DNA of 64,000 nucleotides from Bacteroidota bacterium (GCA_026391795.1 JAPLDI010000049.1:98594-162593), one strand, 5' to 3'; positions 18,509 to 28,872 are shown, counted from the stretch's first letter. Notes: a model not told the origin generated them from the letters alone. Made by a program: numbers and translations.

Positions 18509-20113
18509 TTACTGGATAACGACCTTTTTATTGATTGTGCCGTTTTCCAATGTGGCTTTAAGGTTGTAGATGCCTGTGGTCAAACCGGAGGTATTTACAT
18601 TCACGGTTTTTGCATTCACAGTTTCGCTGATCACAAGCTGTCCGGCTGCATTGTAAACCTGGATTTCCTTAATGTTATTGACAGACTGAATTGTCATCAC
18701 ATCTTTTACAGGATTCGGGAATACAGAAACAACGTTTGCATTGAGATTGTTAACGCCAACACCGCCAACATGGATGTAACCGGTTTTGGTTAAGGTGTTT
18801 GATCCGTTTGCATTTGTCACGATCAGTTTTACATCGTGGTCTCCTGGAAGATTGTATGTGATCGCAGGCGGAGTCTGTAAAGCTGACGTTGACGGGGTCC
18901 CGTCGGTGAATGTCCAGGCCCAGGAGGTCGGACTTCCGGTTGATTCATTAACAAATGTAGCAGTTCCGCCAAGAGGAAGAAGGGTATCTGGTGTCATGAA
19001 AGCAGCAACGGGTAGTGTCGGGGGAACAAGAACGCCATGGAATCTGAAAATACCGTCTGTTGCATCGGTGTTAAATCCGCCGATCCATCCGGTTGAATCA
19101 TTCAACCATTTGCTGGTGGTTACCTGTGTACCGTTGATCGTTGGTTCGGGGCTCCAAGAAGCACCACCGTCATAGGAAAAAGAAACCCCTAAACGGTCGG
19201 GCTGATTAGTAAAGTCAACACCGCTTGTAACGTAGGTGCCGGTTGTGCCGGGAACAAACTGAATTTCACCAGCAAAGGGAGCACCGGTGTATGTCCTGTT
19301 TGTAAAGGTTGCTCCGCCATCCGAAGTTTTCTGGAGAAGGAGGGTGGTATCTGTTGTAGCCTGATATTTCAGGGCAAGTCCGTTTGTTCCGTCGCTGGTG
19401 GCCGGAAAGGAGTTCTTTGTCGTTGCAAAAGGAGCAGCAACGATCCAGTTGTGACCCTTGTCTGTGGAAGCAAAAATCCTTCCATGGTTTGTGCCAAACC
19501 AGATATTGTCGCCGTTTACACAAACATTTGAAGTGTATCCGTATTCACCAGACAATGGATTCGGGATCTGTGCACCAGGAACAGCAGTCCAGGTAGTTCC
19601 GCCATTGGTTGTTGTATAAATTTCAAATTCGCCATTGATGGGGTCGCCGAGAACGGTTCCGGTATTATCATCCCAGAAATAGATCCAATCCGGGAAAGAA
19701 TTGGCATTGGAAAATGGGGCAGTTGTCTGACGGGTCCAGGTGGTTCCGCCATTAGTTGTTTTATAAACACCGGCGAGGTTGCTGCCGGTTGCCTTATACA
19801 TGGCGGCATATGCCGTGGTTCCGCTGGTTGCGGAAAGCATAGATATCTGGAGTCCGGTTGTTGCGTTAACGATGCCAGCTGTCCATAAGGTTCCGCCATT
19901 GAGGGTCTTACTGAAATCCTGAACACCGTTGGTTCCACCCGTGCCATCATAGGCTGAAGCCCATACGATCTGATTGGAAACAATGGAGATGTTCATTACA
20001 CCTCTGGAAGCGGTTGTAAATCCAAGTCCCTGCTGGATCCATGTCTGTGAAAATAACTGGAAAGACAACAAGGTCAAACAAATAACTGATAGTAATGTTT
20101 TTTTCATGATCAA
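18509..20113 (-). CDS. Secreted BNR/Ycf48-like beta-propeller + PKD protein with T9SS C-terminal domain
   Basis: Signal peptide present. Asp-box-like repeats (TTNGGTTWT, TLNGGTLWT, TSDGGATF), one PKD module, and the C-terminus VFPNPVKDVMTI...GIYNLKA...KKVVIQ. Confidence 0.8.
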   Translation of the reverse strand: MIMKKTLLSVICLTLLSFQLFSQTWIQQGLGFTTASRGVMNISIVSNQIVWASAYDGTGGTNGVQDFSKTLNGGTLWTAGIVNATTGLQISMLSATSGTTAYAAMYKATGSNLAGVYKTTNGGTTWTRQTTAPFSNANSFPDWIYFWDDNTGTVLGDPINGEFEIYTTTNGGTTWTAVPGAQIPNPLSGEYGYTSNVCVNGDNIWFGTNHGRIFASTDKGHNWIVAAPFATTKNSFPATSDGTNGLALKYQATTDTTLLLQKTSDGGATFTNRTYTGAPFAGEIQFVPGTTGTYVTSGVDFTNQPDRLGVSFSYDGGASWSPEPTINGTQVTTSKWLNDSTGWIGGFNTDATDGIFRFHGVLVPPTLPVAAFMTPDTLLPLGGTATFVNESTGSPTSWAWTFTDGTPSTSALQTPPAITYNLPGDHDVKLIVTNANGSNTLTKTGYIHVGGVGVNNLNANVVSVFPNPVKDVMTIQSVNNIKEIQVYNAAGQLVISETVNAKTVNVNTSGLTTGIYNLKATLENGTINKKVVIQ

Positions 20114-20269
20114 TGGTTTTTAATGAACGTTTCTGCAAACTTACATAAATTTTTTAAAAAAGCAACAGGGAAAGCAAAAAATCAGATACGCTTGTATCAA
20201 AAAAAAATTAACGTTTAAGGATTCCCTGATCCTGCGTTCTCCATCAGGAATGATGAACCAATTTTTTAG

Positions 20270-20277
20270 TACTTTTG
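20270..20277 (+). promoter_or_regulatory. -7 box TACTTTTG upstream of ffh
   Basis: Matches TAnnTTTG, 45 nt before the ATG at 20322. Confidence 0.45.
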
Positions 20278-20321
20278 CAAAGGATTTTTGAAAAGAAATT
20301 TTACAATTAAGGGAACGATCT

Positions 20322-21659
20322 ATGTTTGAAGGTTTGACCGATAAGCTCGACAGAGCGTTTAAAGTACTCAAGGGACAAGGGCATATAACGGAAATCAATG
20401 TTGCCGAGACCCTGAAGGATGTCAGGAAAGCACTCCTGGATGCTGACGTCAGTTTCAAGATTGCCAAGCAATTTACTGATACCGTCAAAGAAAAGGCCCT
20501 TGGACAGAATGTACTTACTTCAGTGTCCCCTGCACAACTGATGGTAAAGATCGTTCATGACGAACTTACCGGACTGATGGGGGGCATGAAAACCGACCTT
20601 AACCTGAAAGGTGACCTGACCATCATTTTAATTGCGGGTTTGCAGGGATCTGGTAAAACTACCTTTTCTGCAAAACTGGCCAACTACCTCAAAACCAAAA
20701 AAGGAAAAAGCCCGATGCTGGTCGCAGGTGACGTTTACCGTCCTGCCGCCATTGAACAACTGAAAATTCTCGGACAGCAAATCGACATTGAGGTCTATTC
20801 CGAGGATGAGAACAAGGATCCCGTCAAGATCGCTAAGCATGCCGTTGCGAATGCCCGTGACCGGGGATTCAATGTGGTGATCATCGATACGGCAGGCCGC
20901 CTGGCCATCGATGAGGAGATGATGAACGAGATAGCGAATGTGAAAAAGGCAACGAACCCCCAGGAAACATTGTTCGTCGTCGATTCCATGACGGGTCAGG
21001 ATGCTGTGAATACAGCAAAAGCATTCAATGACCGCCTTGATTTTGAAGGTGTGATCCTTACCAAACTTGATGGCGATACCCGTGGTGGCGCTGCATTGAC
21101 CATCCGGGCTGTGGTTGAAAAACCCATCAAATTTGTAGGGATCGGTGAAAAAATGGAAGCCATCGACATCTTCTACCCCGAACGAATGGCAGACCGTATC
21201 CTGGGTATGGGCGACATCGTTTCTCTTGTGGAAAGAGCACAGGAGCAGTTTGATGAAGTGGAAGCCCAGAAACTGCAGAAAAAAATTGCAAAGAACCAGT
21301 TCAACTTCAACGATTTTCTTTCCCAGATCAAACAGATCAAGAAAATGGGCAATGTCAAAGACCTGATGGGAATGCTGCCGGGAATGGGAAAAGCCGTAAA
21401 AGATCTCGATATCGACGACAATGCATTCAAAGGAATAGAAGCCATCATCCAGTCAATGACGCCGGAAGAGCGGGAGGATCCCACCGTAATCAACGGAAGC
21501 AGGCGAAAACGGATTGCAGGCGGAAGCGGCACAACCATACAGGAAGTCAACCGGCTCATCAAACAGTTTGATGATACCCGGCGCATGATGAAAATGGTGA
21601 CTGCCAGCAAAGGAAGAGGGATGGCTAACATGATGCGGAACATGAAAAGTATGAATTAA
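20322..21659 (+). CDS. ffh: Signal recognition particle protein
   Basis: GLQGSGKTT P-loop, DTAGRL, TKLDGD, and a Met-rich C-terminal M domain. Confidence 0.95.
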   Translation: MFEGLTDKLDRAFKVLKGQGHITEINVAETLKDVRKALLDADVSFKIAKQFTDTVKEKALGQNVLTSVSPAQLMVKIVHDELTGLMGGMKTDLNLKGDLTIILIAGLQGSGKTTFSAKLANYLKTKKGKSPMLVAGDVYRPAAIEQLKILGQQIDIEVYSEDENKDPVKIAKHAVANARDRGFNVVIIDTAGRLAIDEEMMNEIANVKKATNPQETLFVVDSMTGQDAVNTAKAFNDRLDFEGVILTKLDGDTRGGAALTIRAVVEKPIKFVGIGEKMEAIDIFYPERMADRILGMGDIVSLVERAQEQFDEVEAQKLQKKIAKNQFNFNDFLSQIKQIKKMGNVKDLMGMLPGMGKAVKDLDIDDNAFKGIEAIIQSMTPEEREDPTVINGSRRKRIAGGSGTTIQEVNRLIKQFDDTRRMMKMVTASKGRGMANMMRNMKSMN

Positions 21660-21673
21660 CAGAAAATATCATC

Positions 21674-22558
21674 ATGAATTTACTGGACGGGAAACTGGTT
21701 GCTGAGAAAATAAAGGCGGAAATTGCAACAGAGGTGAAAACAAAGATGCTGGACGCAGGCAGGGAAGCGCCTCACCTTGCTGCCATCCTGGTCGGTGATG
21801 ATCCTGCAAGCCAGACCTACGTTGCATCAAAAGAGAAAGATTGCCTGGAAGTCGGGTTTATCTCCTCGGTTTACCGGTATCCTGCAAATATAACCCAGGA
21901 TAAACTGCTTGAGTCCATCCGGTTTCTTAATGCCGACCCTGAGGTTGATGGTTTCATTGTACAACTCCCGCTTCCGAAACATCTGGACGAACATACTATT
22001 ATTGAATCGATTCATCCGGCAAAAGATGTGGATGGCTTTCATCCGGTCAATGTCGGACGAATGGTCCTTAACATTCCTTCCTACCTTCCTGCAACTCCTT
22101 ACGGGATTGTCACTCTGCTTGAACATTATAAAATTGAGACCGAGGGAAAACATTGTGTTGTTCTCGGGAGAAGCAATATAGTTGGTACTCCTATAAGTAT
22201 TCTGCTTTCCCGGAAGAGTAAAACAGGAAATGCAACCGTAACCCTTTGTCACAGCCATACATCTGACATCAAGGCCATCGCTGCCTCCGCAGATATCCTC
22301 ATTGTTGCTATGGGGAAAAAAGGGTTTGTGACTGCTGACATGGTTAAAAAAGATGCAGTCGTTGTCGATGTCGGCATTCACCGTATTCCTGCCAAAGAAA
22401 CGAAATCGGGCTACCGGCTGGTCGGTGATGTTGACTTCCAGGAAGTAGCAAAAAAATGCAGCTACATTACGCCTGTGCCCGGCGGAGTGGGACCGATGAC
22501 CCGTGTCTCTCTGCTGCTCAATACACTAAAGGCGGCAAAAAAGGAAATTAAATTCTGA
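21674..22558 (+). CDS. folD: Bifunctional methylenetetrahydrofolate dehydrogenase/cyclohydrolase
   Basis: LVGDDPASQTYV, VQLPLP, GRSNIVGTP and TPVPGGVGPMT motifs. Confidence 0.95.
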   Translation: MNLLDGKLVAEKIKAEIATEVKTKMLDAGREAPHLAAILVGDDPASQTYVASKEKDCLEVGFISSVYRYPANITQDKLLESIRFLNADPEVDGFIVQLPLPKHLDEHTIIESIHPAKDVDGFHPVNVGRMVLNIPSYLPATPYGIVTLLEHYKIETEGKHCVVLGRSNIVGTPISILLSRKSKTGNATVTLCHSHTSDIKAIAASADILIVAMGKKGFVTADMVKKDAVVVDVGIHRIPAKETKSGYRLVGDVDFQEVAKKCSYITPVPGGVGPMTRVSLLLNTLKAAKKEIKF

Positions 22559-22562
22559 CCGG

Positions 22563-23195
22563 TTGAACCCTCATGATGACATACTTTTGAAAGAAGGGAA
22601 AGTGCTTCCCTTAATGGAAGAATTTTATTCCATCCAGGGTGAAGGATATCACACCGGGAGACCTTCCTATTTCGCACGCATCGGAGGTTGCGATGTCGGA
22701 TGCAAATGGTGCGACGTCAAGGAATCATGGAATGCAGCAAAATATCCCCCTGTATCCACCGATACGATCATCCGGCATGCGGCCCTGTACCCTGCAAAGG
22801 CAATTGTTGTTACCGGAGGAGAACCCCTTCTTTATAACATGGATTATCTTTGTCAGGAGCTACACCGTCAAGGAATATCCACATTCCTTGAGACCTCGGG
22901 TTCTTCAAAGCTCAGCGGAGATTGGGACTGGATCTGTCTGTCACCGAAAAAAGACGGACCGCCCTTGCCAGTTATCTTTGAGAAAGCAAATGAATTAAAA
23001 GTAATCATTGAAAACATTCAGGATTTTTCCTGGGCTGAGGAAAATGCAGGGAAGGTTTTGCCCTCCTGTATTCTTTATCTTCAGCCCGAATGGAGTCAGC
23101 GTGCAACTATAATTCCGGAGATCGTAAAATACATCCAGGCAAATCCGAAATGGAAGATCTCCATCCAGGCACATAAATACATGAGGATACCCTAA
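22563..23195 (+). CDS. queE: 7-carboxy-7-deazaguanine synthase (radical SAM)
   Basis: FYSIQGEGYHTGRPSYFARIGGCDVGCKWCD motif. The TTG start is tracked; the start position is uncertain. Confidence 0.85.
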   Translation: MNPHDDILLKEGKVLPLMEEFYSIQGEGYHTGRPSYFARIGGCDVGCKWCDVKESWNAAKYPPVSTDTIIRHAALYPAKAIVVTGGEPLLYNMDYLCQELHRQGISTFLETSGSSKLSGDWDWICLSPKKDGPPLPVIFEKANELKVIIENIQDFSWAEENAGKVLPSCILYLQPEWSQRATIIPEIVKYIQANPKWKISIQAHKYMRIP

Positions 23196-23201
23196 GTTTT
23201 A

Positions 23202-23229
23202 ACTTACGAATTACGAATTACGAATGATT
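23202..23229. repeat. Tandem heptamers, AATTACG family (4 units), just after the queE stop
   Basis: acttacg aattacg aattacg aatgatt. Confidence 0.8.
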
Positions 23230-23252
23230 TGAAACTATTTTTCATGAAGTAA

Positions 23253-23293
23253 CATCCAGCATCCAGTATCCAGCATCCAGCATCCAGCATCAG
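23253..23293. repeat. Tandem heptamers, CATCCAG x6 (last unit 6 nt), ending 5 nt before the ATG at 23299
   Basis: catccag catccag tatccag catccag catccag catcag, read directly. Confidence 0.9.
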
Positions 23294-23298
23294 TTACC

Positions 23299-25161
23299 AT
23301 GACACCGAAATCCATTCTGTTCCCAATTGCATTCTTCCTTTTGCTGGTTACAACATGCGTGACTGCACAGACTGCCCCGCTTTCAACGAAGTCGAAAAAG
23401 GCTGCCGCACTGTTCACGGAGGCAATCAACTTTTACGACCAGAAAGACTACATGAAAGCCATAAGGAACCTCGATCGGGCAATAAAGGAAGATTCGGCCT
23501 TTGTCGAAGCCTTTATCCTGAAAGGGGATATCTTGTCGGATCAGCAGTATCCCCATGAGGCGATCGTACAATATAAAATGGGAATTGCAGCAAACCCCGA
23601 TTATTCTCCAGTCCTTTATTATATTGTTGCCAATGTGGAGTTGATGACAGGCCGGTATGAAGATGCCCGGAGAGATTATGAAAAATTCCTTGGTTATCCT
23701 GACCAACAGAAGGAAAAACAGGCGAAAGCCCGGAAGAATATCAATTCCTGCAGCTTTGGAATATCCTCGATGGCCCATCCGGTTCCTTTTAAACCGGTAA
23801 ATCTGGGGGATAGTATCAATTCCCCATATGACGACTTTGTCAATGCCGTAACAGCAGATGAACGGCAATTGTTTCTGACCCGTAAACTTCCAAAACCACA
23901 CCCTTCTTCCAATGAATCAACTGAGTTTAACGAGGATTTTTACAAGGCGGTAAAACCCGACAGTATCTGGCACAAAGCATTAAATATCGGCCCCCCCGTC
24001 AACACCGAAGAAAATGAAGGAGCCTTGTGTATCTCGCCTGATGGAAAATATATATTTTTTGCAGCCTGCAACCGTGCAGATGGATTCGGCAGTTGTGACC
24101 TCTATTGGTCAAAACTGACTGGTAGCGACTGGTCGGCTCCCGAAAACCTGGGGCCGGCAGTAAATTCTTCATCCTGGAAAACAGAGCTGGAGCCGGATGC
24201 AACCTGGAGTATCCCCGTTAATCTCGGGGACTCTATAAATACGCGGTATGAAGAGATGGCACCGTTTATCCATCCCGATAACCGGACTTTGTATTTTTCC
24301 TCAAGAGGTCACCAGGGGATGGGTGGCTACGATCTGTATTATTCAAGGATGGATGCAGATGGAAAATGGACACTCCCGGTAGACCTGGGATATCCTATAA
24401 ATACCTATGCCGACGAGATCACCCTGGTGGTGAATGCAAAAGGGGATCTGGCCTATATTTCAAGTGACAAACTTGGTGGTAAGGGAGGAATGGACATCTA
24501 TTCCTTTAAATTATACAAAGAAGCACAGCCTGTACTGGTTACTTATTTTAGAGGAATTGTTTTTGATAAGGATACGAAAAAGCGCCTGGAAGCAAAGTTT
24601 GAACTGGTTGATCTGTCCTCTGGAAAAACCGTCTCCAGATCCTCTTCCGACCCGGTCAGCGGGGAATTCCTGCTGTCCTTGCCAACAGAGAAAGAGTATG
24701 GCTTGAGTGTTTCAAGACCGGGATATCTGTTCTATTCTGATCATTTTGAATTGCGGGGCGAAAGTTCAAAAGCCAAACCCTTTATCTACAATGTTCCACT
24801 GCAACCCATCAGGGTAGGAGAGACCGTGATCCTGAAAAATATTTTCTTTGATACCGACAAATATGACCTGAAGGAGGAATCCAGGAGTGAACTTGCAAAG
24901 CTGATGCAGTTGTTGCGAGGCAATCCCTTGATTCATATTGAGATCAGCGGGCATACTGACAATCAGGGTTCTTCCGACCACAACATGGTCCTTTCCCGTA
25001 ACAGGGCACAGGCTGTCTATGATTATCTTATCCTCAACGGGATTCCGAAAGACCGGCTGACCTATACGGGTTACGGCCTTACCCGTCCAATCGACACCAA
25101 CGATACCGAACAGGGCCGGGCAAATAACAGGAGAACAGAGTTTAAGGTAATTTCTCAGTGA
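23299..25161 (+). CDS. OmpA-family protein with TPR, TolB-like (PD40) repeats and C-terminal OmpA peptidoglycan-binding domain
   Basis: Has a signal peptide and TPR-like helices. Repeated xPxNLGxxINS...SPDG..(I/L)(F/Y)F modules. C-terminus is NIFFDTDKYDL...LSRNRAQAVYDYL...NRRTEF. Confidence 0.85.
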   Translation: MTPKSILFPIAFFLLLVTTCVTAQTAPLSTKSKKAAALFTEAINFYDQKDYMKAIRNLDRAIKEDSAFVEAFILKGDILSDQQYPHEAIVQYKMGIAANPDYSPVLYYIVANVELMTGRYEDARRDYEKFLGYPDQQKEKQAKARKNINSCSFGISSMAHPVPFKPVNLGDSINSPYDDFVNAVTADERQLFLTRKLPKPHPSSNESTEFNEDFYKAVKPDSIWHKALNIGPPVNTEENEGALCISPDGKYIFFAACNRADGFGSCDLYWSKLTGSDWSAPENLGPAVNSSSWKTELEPDATWSIPVNLGDSINTRYEEMAPFIHPDNRTLYFSSRGHQGMGGYDLYYSRMDADGKWTLPVDLGYPINTYADEITLVVNAKGDLAYISSDKLGGKGGMDIYSFKLYKEAQPVLVTYFRGIVFDKDTKKRLEAKFELVDLSSGKTVSRSSSDPVSGEFLLSLPTEKEYGLSVSRPGYLFYSDHFELRGESSKAKPFIYNVPLQPIRVGETVILKNIFFDTDKYDLKEESRSELAKLMQLLRGNPLIHIEISGHTDNQGSSDHNMVLSRNRAQAVYDYLILNGIPKDRLTYTGYGLTRPIDTNDTEQGRANNRRTEFKVISQ

Positions 25162-25173
25162 CGGCAGGGGATG

Positions 25174-25201
25174 GAAGATCGAGAATCGAAAATCGGGCAT
25201 C
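25174..25201. repeat. Tandem heptamers, GARAATC family (4 units), after the OmpA-family stop
   Basis: gaagatc gagaatc gaaaatc gggcatc, followed by a single catccag unit at about 25210. Confidence 0.7.
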
Positions 25202-25287
25202 ACCAGAGACATCCAGCCTTATTCTATCCCCATCCTCAATCTTCCACCTTCAGATATCTTTTATTTGTAACTCTGATTCTTAATAAC

Positions 25288-25295
25288 TACCTTTG
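25288..25295 (+). promoter_or_regulatory. -7 box TACCTTTG upstream of thrS
   Basis: Matches TAnnTTTG. A TTTG lies 20 nt upstream. The box is 30 nt before the ATG at 25325. Confidence 0.5.
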
Positions 25296-25324
25296 CACCC
25301 CTAAATTTTCAGGAGAATTCCAGA

Positions 25325-27268
25325 ATGATAAACATAACGCTACCCGATAATTCCGTGAGGCAATATGCCGAAGGCATTACCGGAATGGAAATCGCAAAAA
25401 GCATCAGTGAAGGGCTTGCACGCAATGTGCTCTCGGTAAAGGTGAATGATGAGGTCTGGGATGCCACACGTCCGATCACCACTGATGCAAGAGTTCGGTT
25501 GCTTACCTGGAACGATGAAGAAGGCAAAGGCACATTCTGGCACTCATCTGCCCACCTCATGGCAGAAGCAGTTGAGTTTCTTTACCCCGGAGCCAAGTTT
25601 GGCATAGGCCCTCATATTGAGAGCGGATTTTACTATGATATTGATTTTGGTGATAAAGCCATCTCATCGGAGGACTTTCCGAAGATAGAAGCCAAGATGA
25701 TGGAACTGGCAAAAGCCAACCAGACATTTGTCCGGAAAGAAGTTCCGAAAGCTGATGCACTGGATTATTTTACCAGAAAACAGGATGAATACAAGATCGA
25801 ACTGATCAGGGACCTTGAAGACGGGCAGATTACTTTTTATGAATCCGGACATTTTACGGATCTATGCCGTGGGCCTCACCTTCCGGATACTTCATCCATC
25901 AAGGCCGTCAAATTGCTGAATACAGCCGGTGCATACTGGAGGGGGGATGAAACCCGCCGCCAGCTTACCCGTATCTATGGCATCACCTTCCCAAAGCAAA
26001 AGGAACTTACAGACTATCTGACTCTTCTTGAAGAGGCAAAAAAACGCGACCATCGCAAGATCGGCAGGGAAATGGAGCTTTTCACCTTCTCTCAGAGAGT
26101 CGGCCAGGGTCTCCCTTTATGGCTTCCCAAAGGTGCACTGCTAAGAGAACGCCTCGAAATGTTCCTTAAAAAAGTACAGAAGAAAGCCGGATATCAGCAG
26201 GTCATTTGCCCGCATATCGGAAATGTGGAGCTGTACAAAACATCAGGGCATTATCAGAAATACGGAGAAAGCTCTTTCCGGCCTATCACAACCCCGGTTC
26301 CTGGGGAAGAATTTTTTCTCAAACCAATGAATTGCCCTCACCATTGCGAAATTTATTCATCCAAGCCGAGATCCTATAAGGAGCTTCCTGTCCGCATCGC
26401 AGAATTCGGTACCGTTTACCGGTATGAACAGAGCGGGGAACTTCACGGACTGACCCGCGTTCGCGGATTTACACAGGATGATGCGCATATATTCTGTACT
26501 CCCGAACAGGTGAAAGACGAGTTTAAAGGTGTGATTGATATCGTCATGCTGATTTTCAAAGCACTCGACTTTAAAGATTTTATTACCCAGATATCCTTCC
26601 GCGACAAGAACAACAAAGAGAAATACATTGGAACGGACGAAAACTGGGAAAAGGCCGAACAGGCCATCCTGGAAGTGGCACAGGAACGGAACTTGAATTA
26701 TGTTGTGGTTCCCGGCGAGGCCGCATTCTATGGCCCTAAGATGGATTTCATGGTGAAAGACGCCCTCGGAAGAAAATGGCAGCTGGGAACGATTCAGGTT
26801 GATTATAATCTTCCCGATCGTTTTGAGCTCGAATACATTGGAAGCGACAACCAGAAACACCGGCCTGTAATGATTCACCGGGCACCGTTCGGTTCGATGG
26901 AACGGTTCGTGGCTGTGCTGATCGAGCATACGGCAGGACAATTTCCGCTCTGGCTTACTCCCGATCAGGTTATCATCTTGCCTATCAGTGAAAAATATCA
27001 GAATTACGCAGAAAAAGTTTTACAATTCCTGAATAATTCCGATATTCGCGCCCAAATTGACGACAGGAACGAGAAGGCAGGGAAGAAAATCAGGGATGCC
27101 GAGCTGGCAAAGATCCCTTTTATGCTGGTCGTAGGAGAGAGAGAAGAACTGGAAGGGACCGTTTCTGTCAGAAAGCATGGCCAGGGAGATCTCGGTCCGC
27201 AAAAAATGGAAGATTTTGCCCTGTTCATTCAGGATGAAGTCGCAAAAGAACTTGGAGAGATTAACTGA
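25325..27268 (+). CDS. thrS: Threonine--tRNA ligase
   Basis: 647 aa. N-terminal TGS domain. HSSAHLMA editing-domain motif. Class II motifs FRPITTP..., [26 protein letters not shown] and the anticodon-binding C-terminus. Confidence 0.95.
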   Translation: MINITLPDNSVRQYAEGITGMEIAKSISEGLARNVLSVKVNDEVWDATRPITTDARVRLLTWNDEEGKGTFWHSSAHLMAEAVEFLYPGAKFGIGPHIESGFYYDIDFGDKAISSEDFPKIEAKMMELAKANQTFVRKEVPKADALDYFTRKQDEYKIELIRDLEDGQITFYESGHFTDLCRGPHLPDTSSIKAVKLLNTAGAYWRGDETRRQLTRIYGITFPKQKELTDYLTLLEEAKKRDHRKIGREMELFTFSQRVGQGLPLWLPKGALLRERLEMFLKKVQKKAGYQQVICPHIGNVELYKTSGHYQKYGESSFRPITTPVPGEEFFLKPMNCPHHCEIYSSKPRSYKELPVRIAEFGTVYRYEQSGELHGLTRVRGFTQDDAHIFCTPEQVKDEFKGVIDIVMLIFKALDFKDFITQISFRDKNNKEKYIGTDENWEKAEQAILEVAQERNLNYVVVPGEAAFYGPKMDFMVKDALGRKWQLGTIQVDYNLPDRFELEYIGSDNQKHRPVMIHRAPFGSMERFVAVLIEHTAGQFPLWLTPDQVIILPISEKYQNYAEKVLQFLNNSDIRAQIDDRNEKAGKKIRDAELAKIPFMLVVGEREELEGTVSVRKHGQGDLGPQKMEDFALFIQDEVAKELGEIN

Positions 27269-27343
27269 TAATTGACAATTGATAATTGATAATTTTGGAA
27301 GTCGGAAAACAGAAATCAGAAAACAGAAGTCAACTATCTGACC
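27267..27343. repeat. Tandem heptamers GATAATT x4, then a period-7/14 block (ttggaag tcggaaa acagaaa tcagaaa acagaag tcaacta tctgacc)
   Basis: Starts inside the thrS TGA (27266-27268). Read directly. Confidence 0.85.
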
Positions 27344-27388
27344 TGCGACCCCAGGCTTCATCAGTAATAACTAAACATAGGAGAACGA

Positions 27389-27955
27389 ATTATAGCACTT
27401 CCGTTTAATAGCAATTTTAACAGGGGCGGCCGCCGACCTTTCGTAAAAAAAGAAGATCCTCACAAGATCAATGAACACATAAAAGCTTCTGTTGTTCGGG
27501 TGGTTGGAGAAAATGTTGAACCGGGTATTTACAACCTGCGTGAAGCATTGGTAATGGCAGAAACCAGAGGTCTCGACCTGGTCGAAATTTCACCTACCGC
27601 GAACCCGCCGGTTTGCAGGGTAATAGATTATAAAAAGTTCCTTTACGAACTGAAGCGGAAACAGAAGGAGATGAAGGCAAAGACGGCGAAAATCGTAGTA
27701 AAGGAAATCCGTCTGGGGCCCAATACGGATGACCATGATTTCAACTTTAAGCTGAATCATGCGATCAAATTCCTGAAGGATGGAGCCAAGGTGAAAGTGG
27801 ATGTGTTTTTTAAAGGAAGATCTATTATATATAAGGAACAGGGAGAACTGATCCTGCTGAAGTTTGCGCAGAGCATTGTGGATTATGGGAAAATTGAGCA
27901 ACTGCCGCGACTGGAAGGAAAAAGAATGATCATGATCATTGCTCCCAAGAAATAA
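27389..27955 (+). CDS. infC: Translation initiation factor IF-3, with non-canonical (ATT/ATA) start
   Basis: The tracked ORF starts at GTG 27500, but the frame is open from 27371. The upstream part encodes ...[35 protein letters not shown], a conserved IF-3 N-terminus. That stretch has no ATG, GTG or TTG. ATT at 27389 follows AGGAG (27379-27383). Confidence 0.8.
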   Translation: MIALPFNSNFNRGGRRPFVKKEDPHKINEHIKASVVRVVGENVEPGIYNLREALVMAETRGLDLVEISPTANPPVCRVIDYKKFLYELKRKQKEMKAKTAKIVVKEIRLGPNTDDHDFNFKLNHAIKFLKDGAKVKVDVFFKGRSIIYKEQGELILLKFAQSIVDYGKIEQLPRLEGKRMIMIIAPKK

Positions 27956-28009
27956 TGAATAGTATTTTTTAAAGAAGAAATCAATAATCACAACTATAAA
28001 AACAACCCA

Positions 28010-28204
28010 ATGCCAAAAATGAAATCAAAATCCGGCGCCAAGAAAAGATTTGACGTTACAGGTACCGGAAAAATCAAACGGAAGCATGCTTACAAAAGTC
28101 ACATCCTCACAAAAAAATCAACCAAAAGGAAACGTAACCTAACCTATTCCACTTTGGTCGATAAAGCCGATGTAGCCAATGTCAAGGAAATGATTCAACG
28201 TTAA
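28010..28204 (+). CDS. rpmI: 50S ribosomal protein L35
   Basis: [14 protein letters not shown]...[14 protein letters not shown]. Confidence 0.9.
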   Translation: MPKMKSKSGAKKRFDVTGTGKIKRKHAYKSHILTKKSTKRKRNLTYSTLVDKADVANVKEMIQR

Positions 28205-28274
28205 TTCATCATTGTTTAACTTACCGCAGCTTTAAGGACCCGTTAAGGGACGCTCAGGTAGAAAAATCGTAAAA

Positions 28275-28622
28275 ATGCCAAGATCAGTAAATGCAGTAGC
28301 TTCAAGAACCAGAAGGAAGAAGCTTCTGAAACAGACCAAAGGGCAATTCGGACGCAGGAAAAATGTCCTGACCGTTGCCAAAAATTCACTGGAAAAAGGT
28401 TTAACCTACGCATACCGCGACCGCAGGACCAAGAAAAGAAACTTTCGTGGCCTGTGGATCACCCGTATCAATGCTGGGGCCCGTGAACATGGAATGTCCT
28501 ATTCGGTTTTTATGGGTAAATTGCTGGAGAAGAACATAACACTGAACCGCAAGAGCCTGGCCGATCTCGCAATGAACCATCCGGAAGCTTTTAAGGCTGT
28601 CGTTGATTCGTTGAAGGATTAA
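28275..28622 (+). CDS. rplT: 50S ribosomal protein L20
   Basis: [16 protein letters not shown]...[22 protein letters not shown]. Confidence 0.95.
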   Translation: MPRSVNAVASRTRRKKLLKQTKGQFGRRKNVLTVAKNSLEKGLTYAYRDRRTKKRNFRGLWITRINAGAREHGMSYSVFMGKLLEKNITLNRKSLADLAMNHPEAFKAVVDSLKD

Positions 28623-28840
28623 GCTTTCATAAAACAATTTCTTAGATTGCCATGACGCATCAGAATTGTTGCGTCGATGTGTCTTTTACGCGTTGCGTGT
28701 AATTGGTATTTCCGTTAGAGTTCTTTCCCAGAGATAGAAAGTATTCTTATTTGAAGAATATACATTGAATGCCTTTTGTACAACTGTTAATAACTATATT
28801 CTAAAAATCTCTCCTGTTTTTTTTATTACACTGAAAAATC

Positions 28841-28848
28841 TATATTTG
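28841..28848 (+). promoter_or_regulatory. -7 box TATATTTG upstream of the beta-barrel gene
   Basis: Matches TAnnTTTG, 25 nt before the ATG at 28873. Confidence 0.5.
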
Positions 28849-28872
28849 CACAAATAAATTAAACCCTTACCT

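Noticed and set aside
20141-20488. 115-aa minus-strand ORF overlapping the ffh start
   Set aside because: It overlaps the conserved ffh N-terminus in antisense, and the ffh promoter box lies inside it. It is spurious.
23253-23293. Could the tandem repeat blocks (here and at the other spacers) be CRISPR arrays?
   Set aside because: The units are 7-9 nt and directly tandem, with no spacers, and there are no cas genes. This is not CRISPR.
24170-24200. Possible internal deletion in the OmpA-family gene (one PD40-like module appears shortened around ..NSSSWKTELEPDATWSIPVNLG..)
   Set aside because: The reading frame is intact and repeat modules vary naturally in length. I cannot distinguish a deletion from normal divergence without an alignment.
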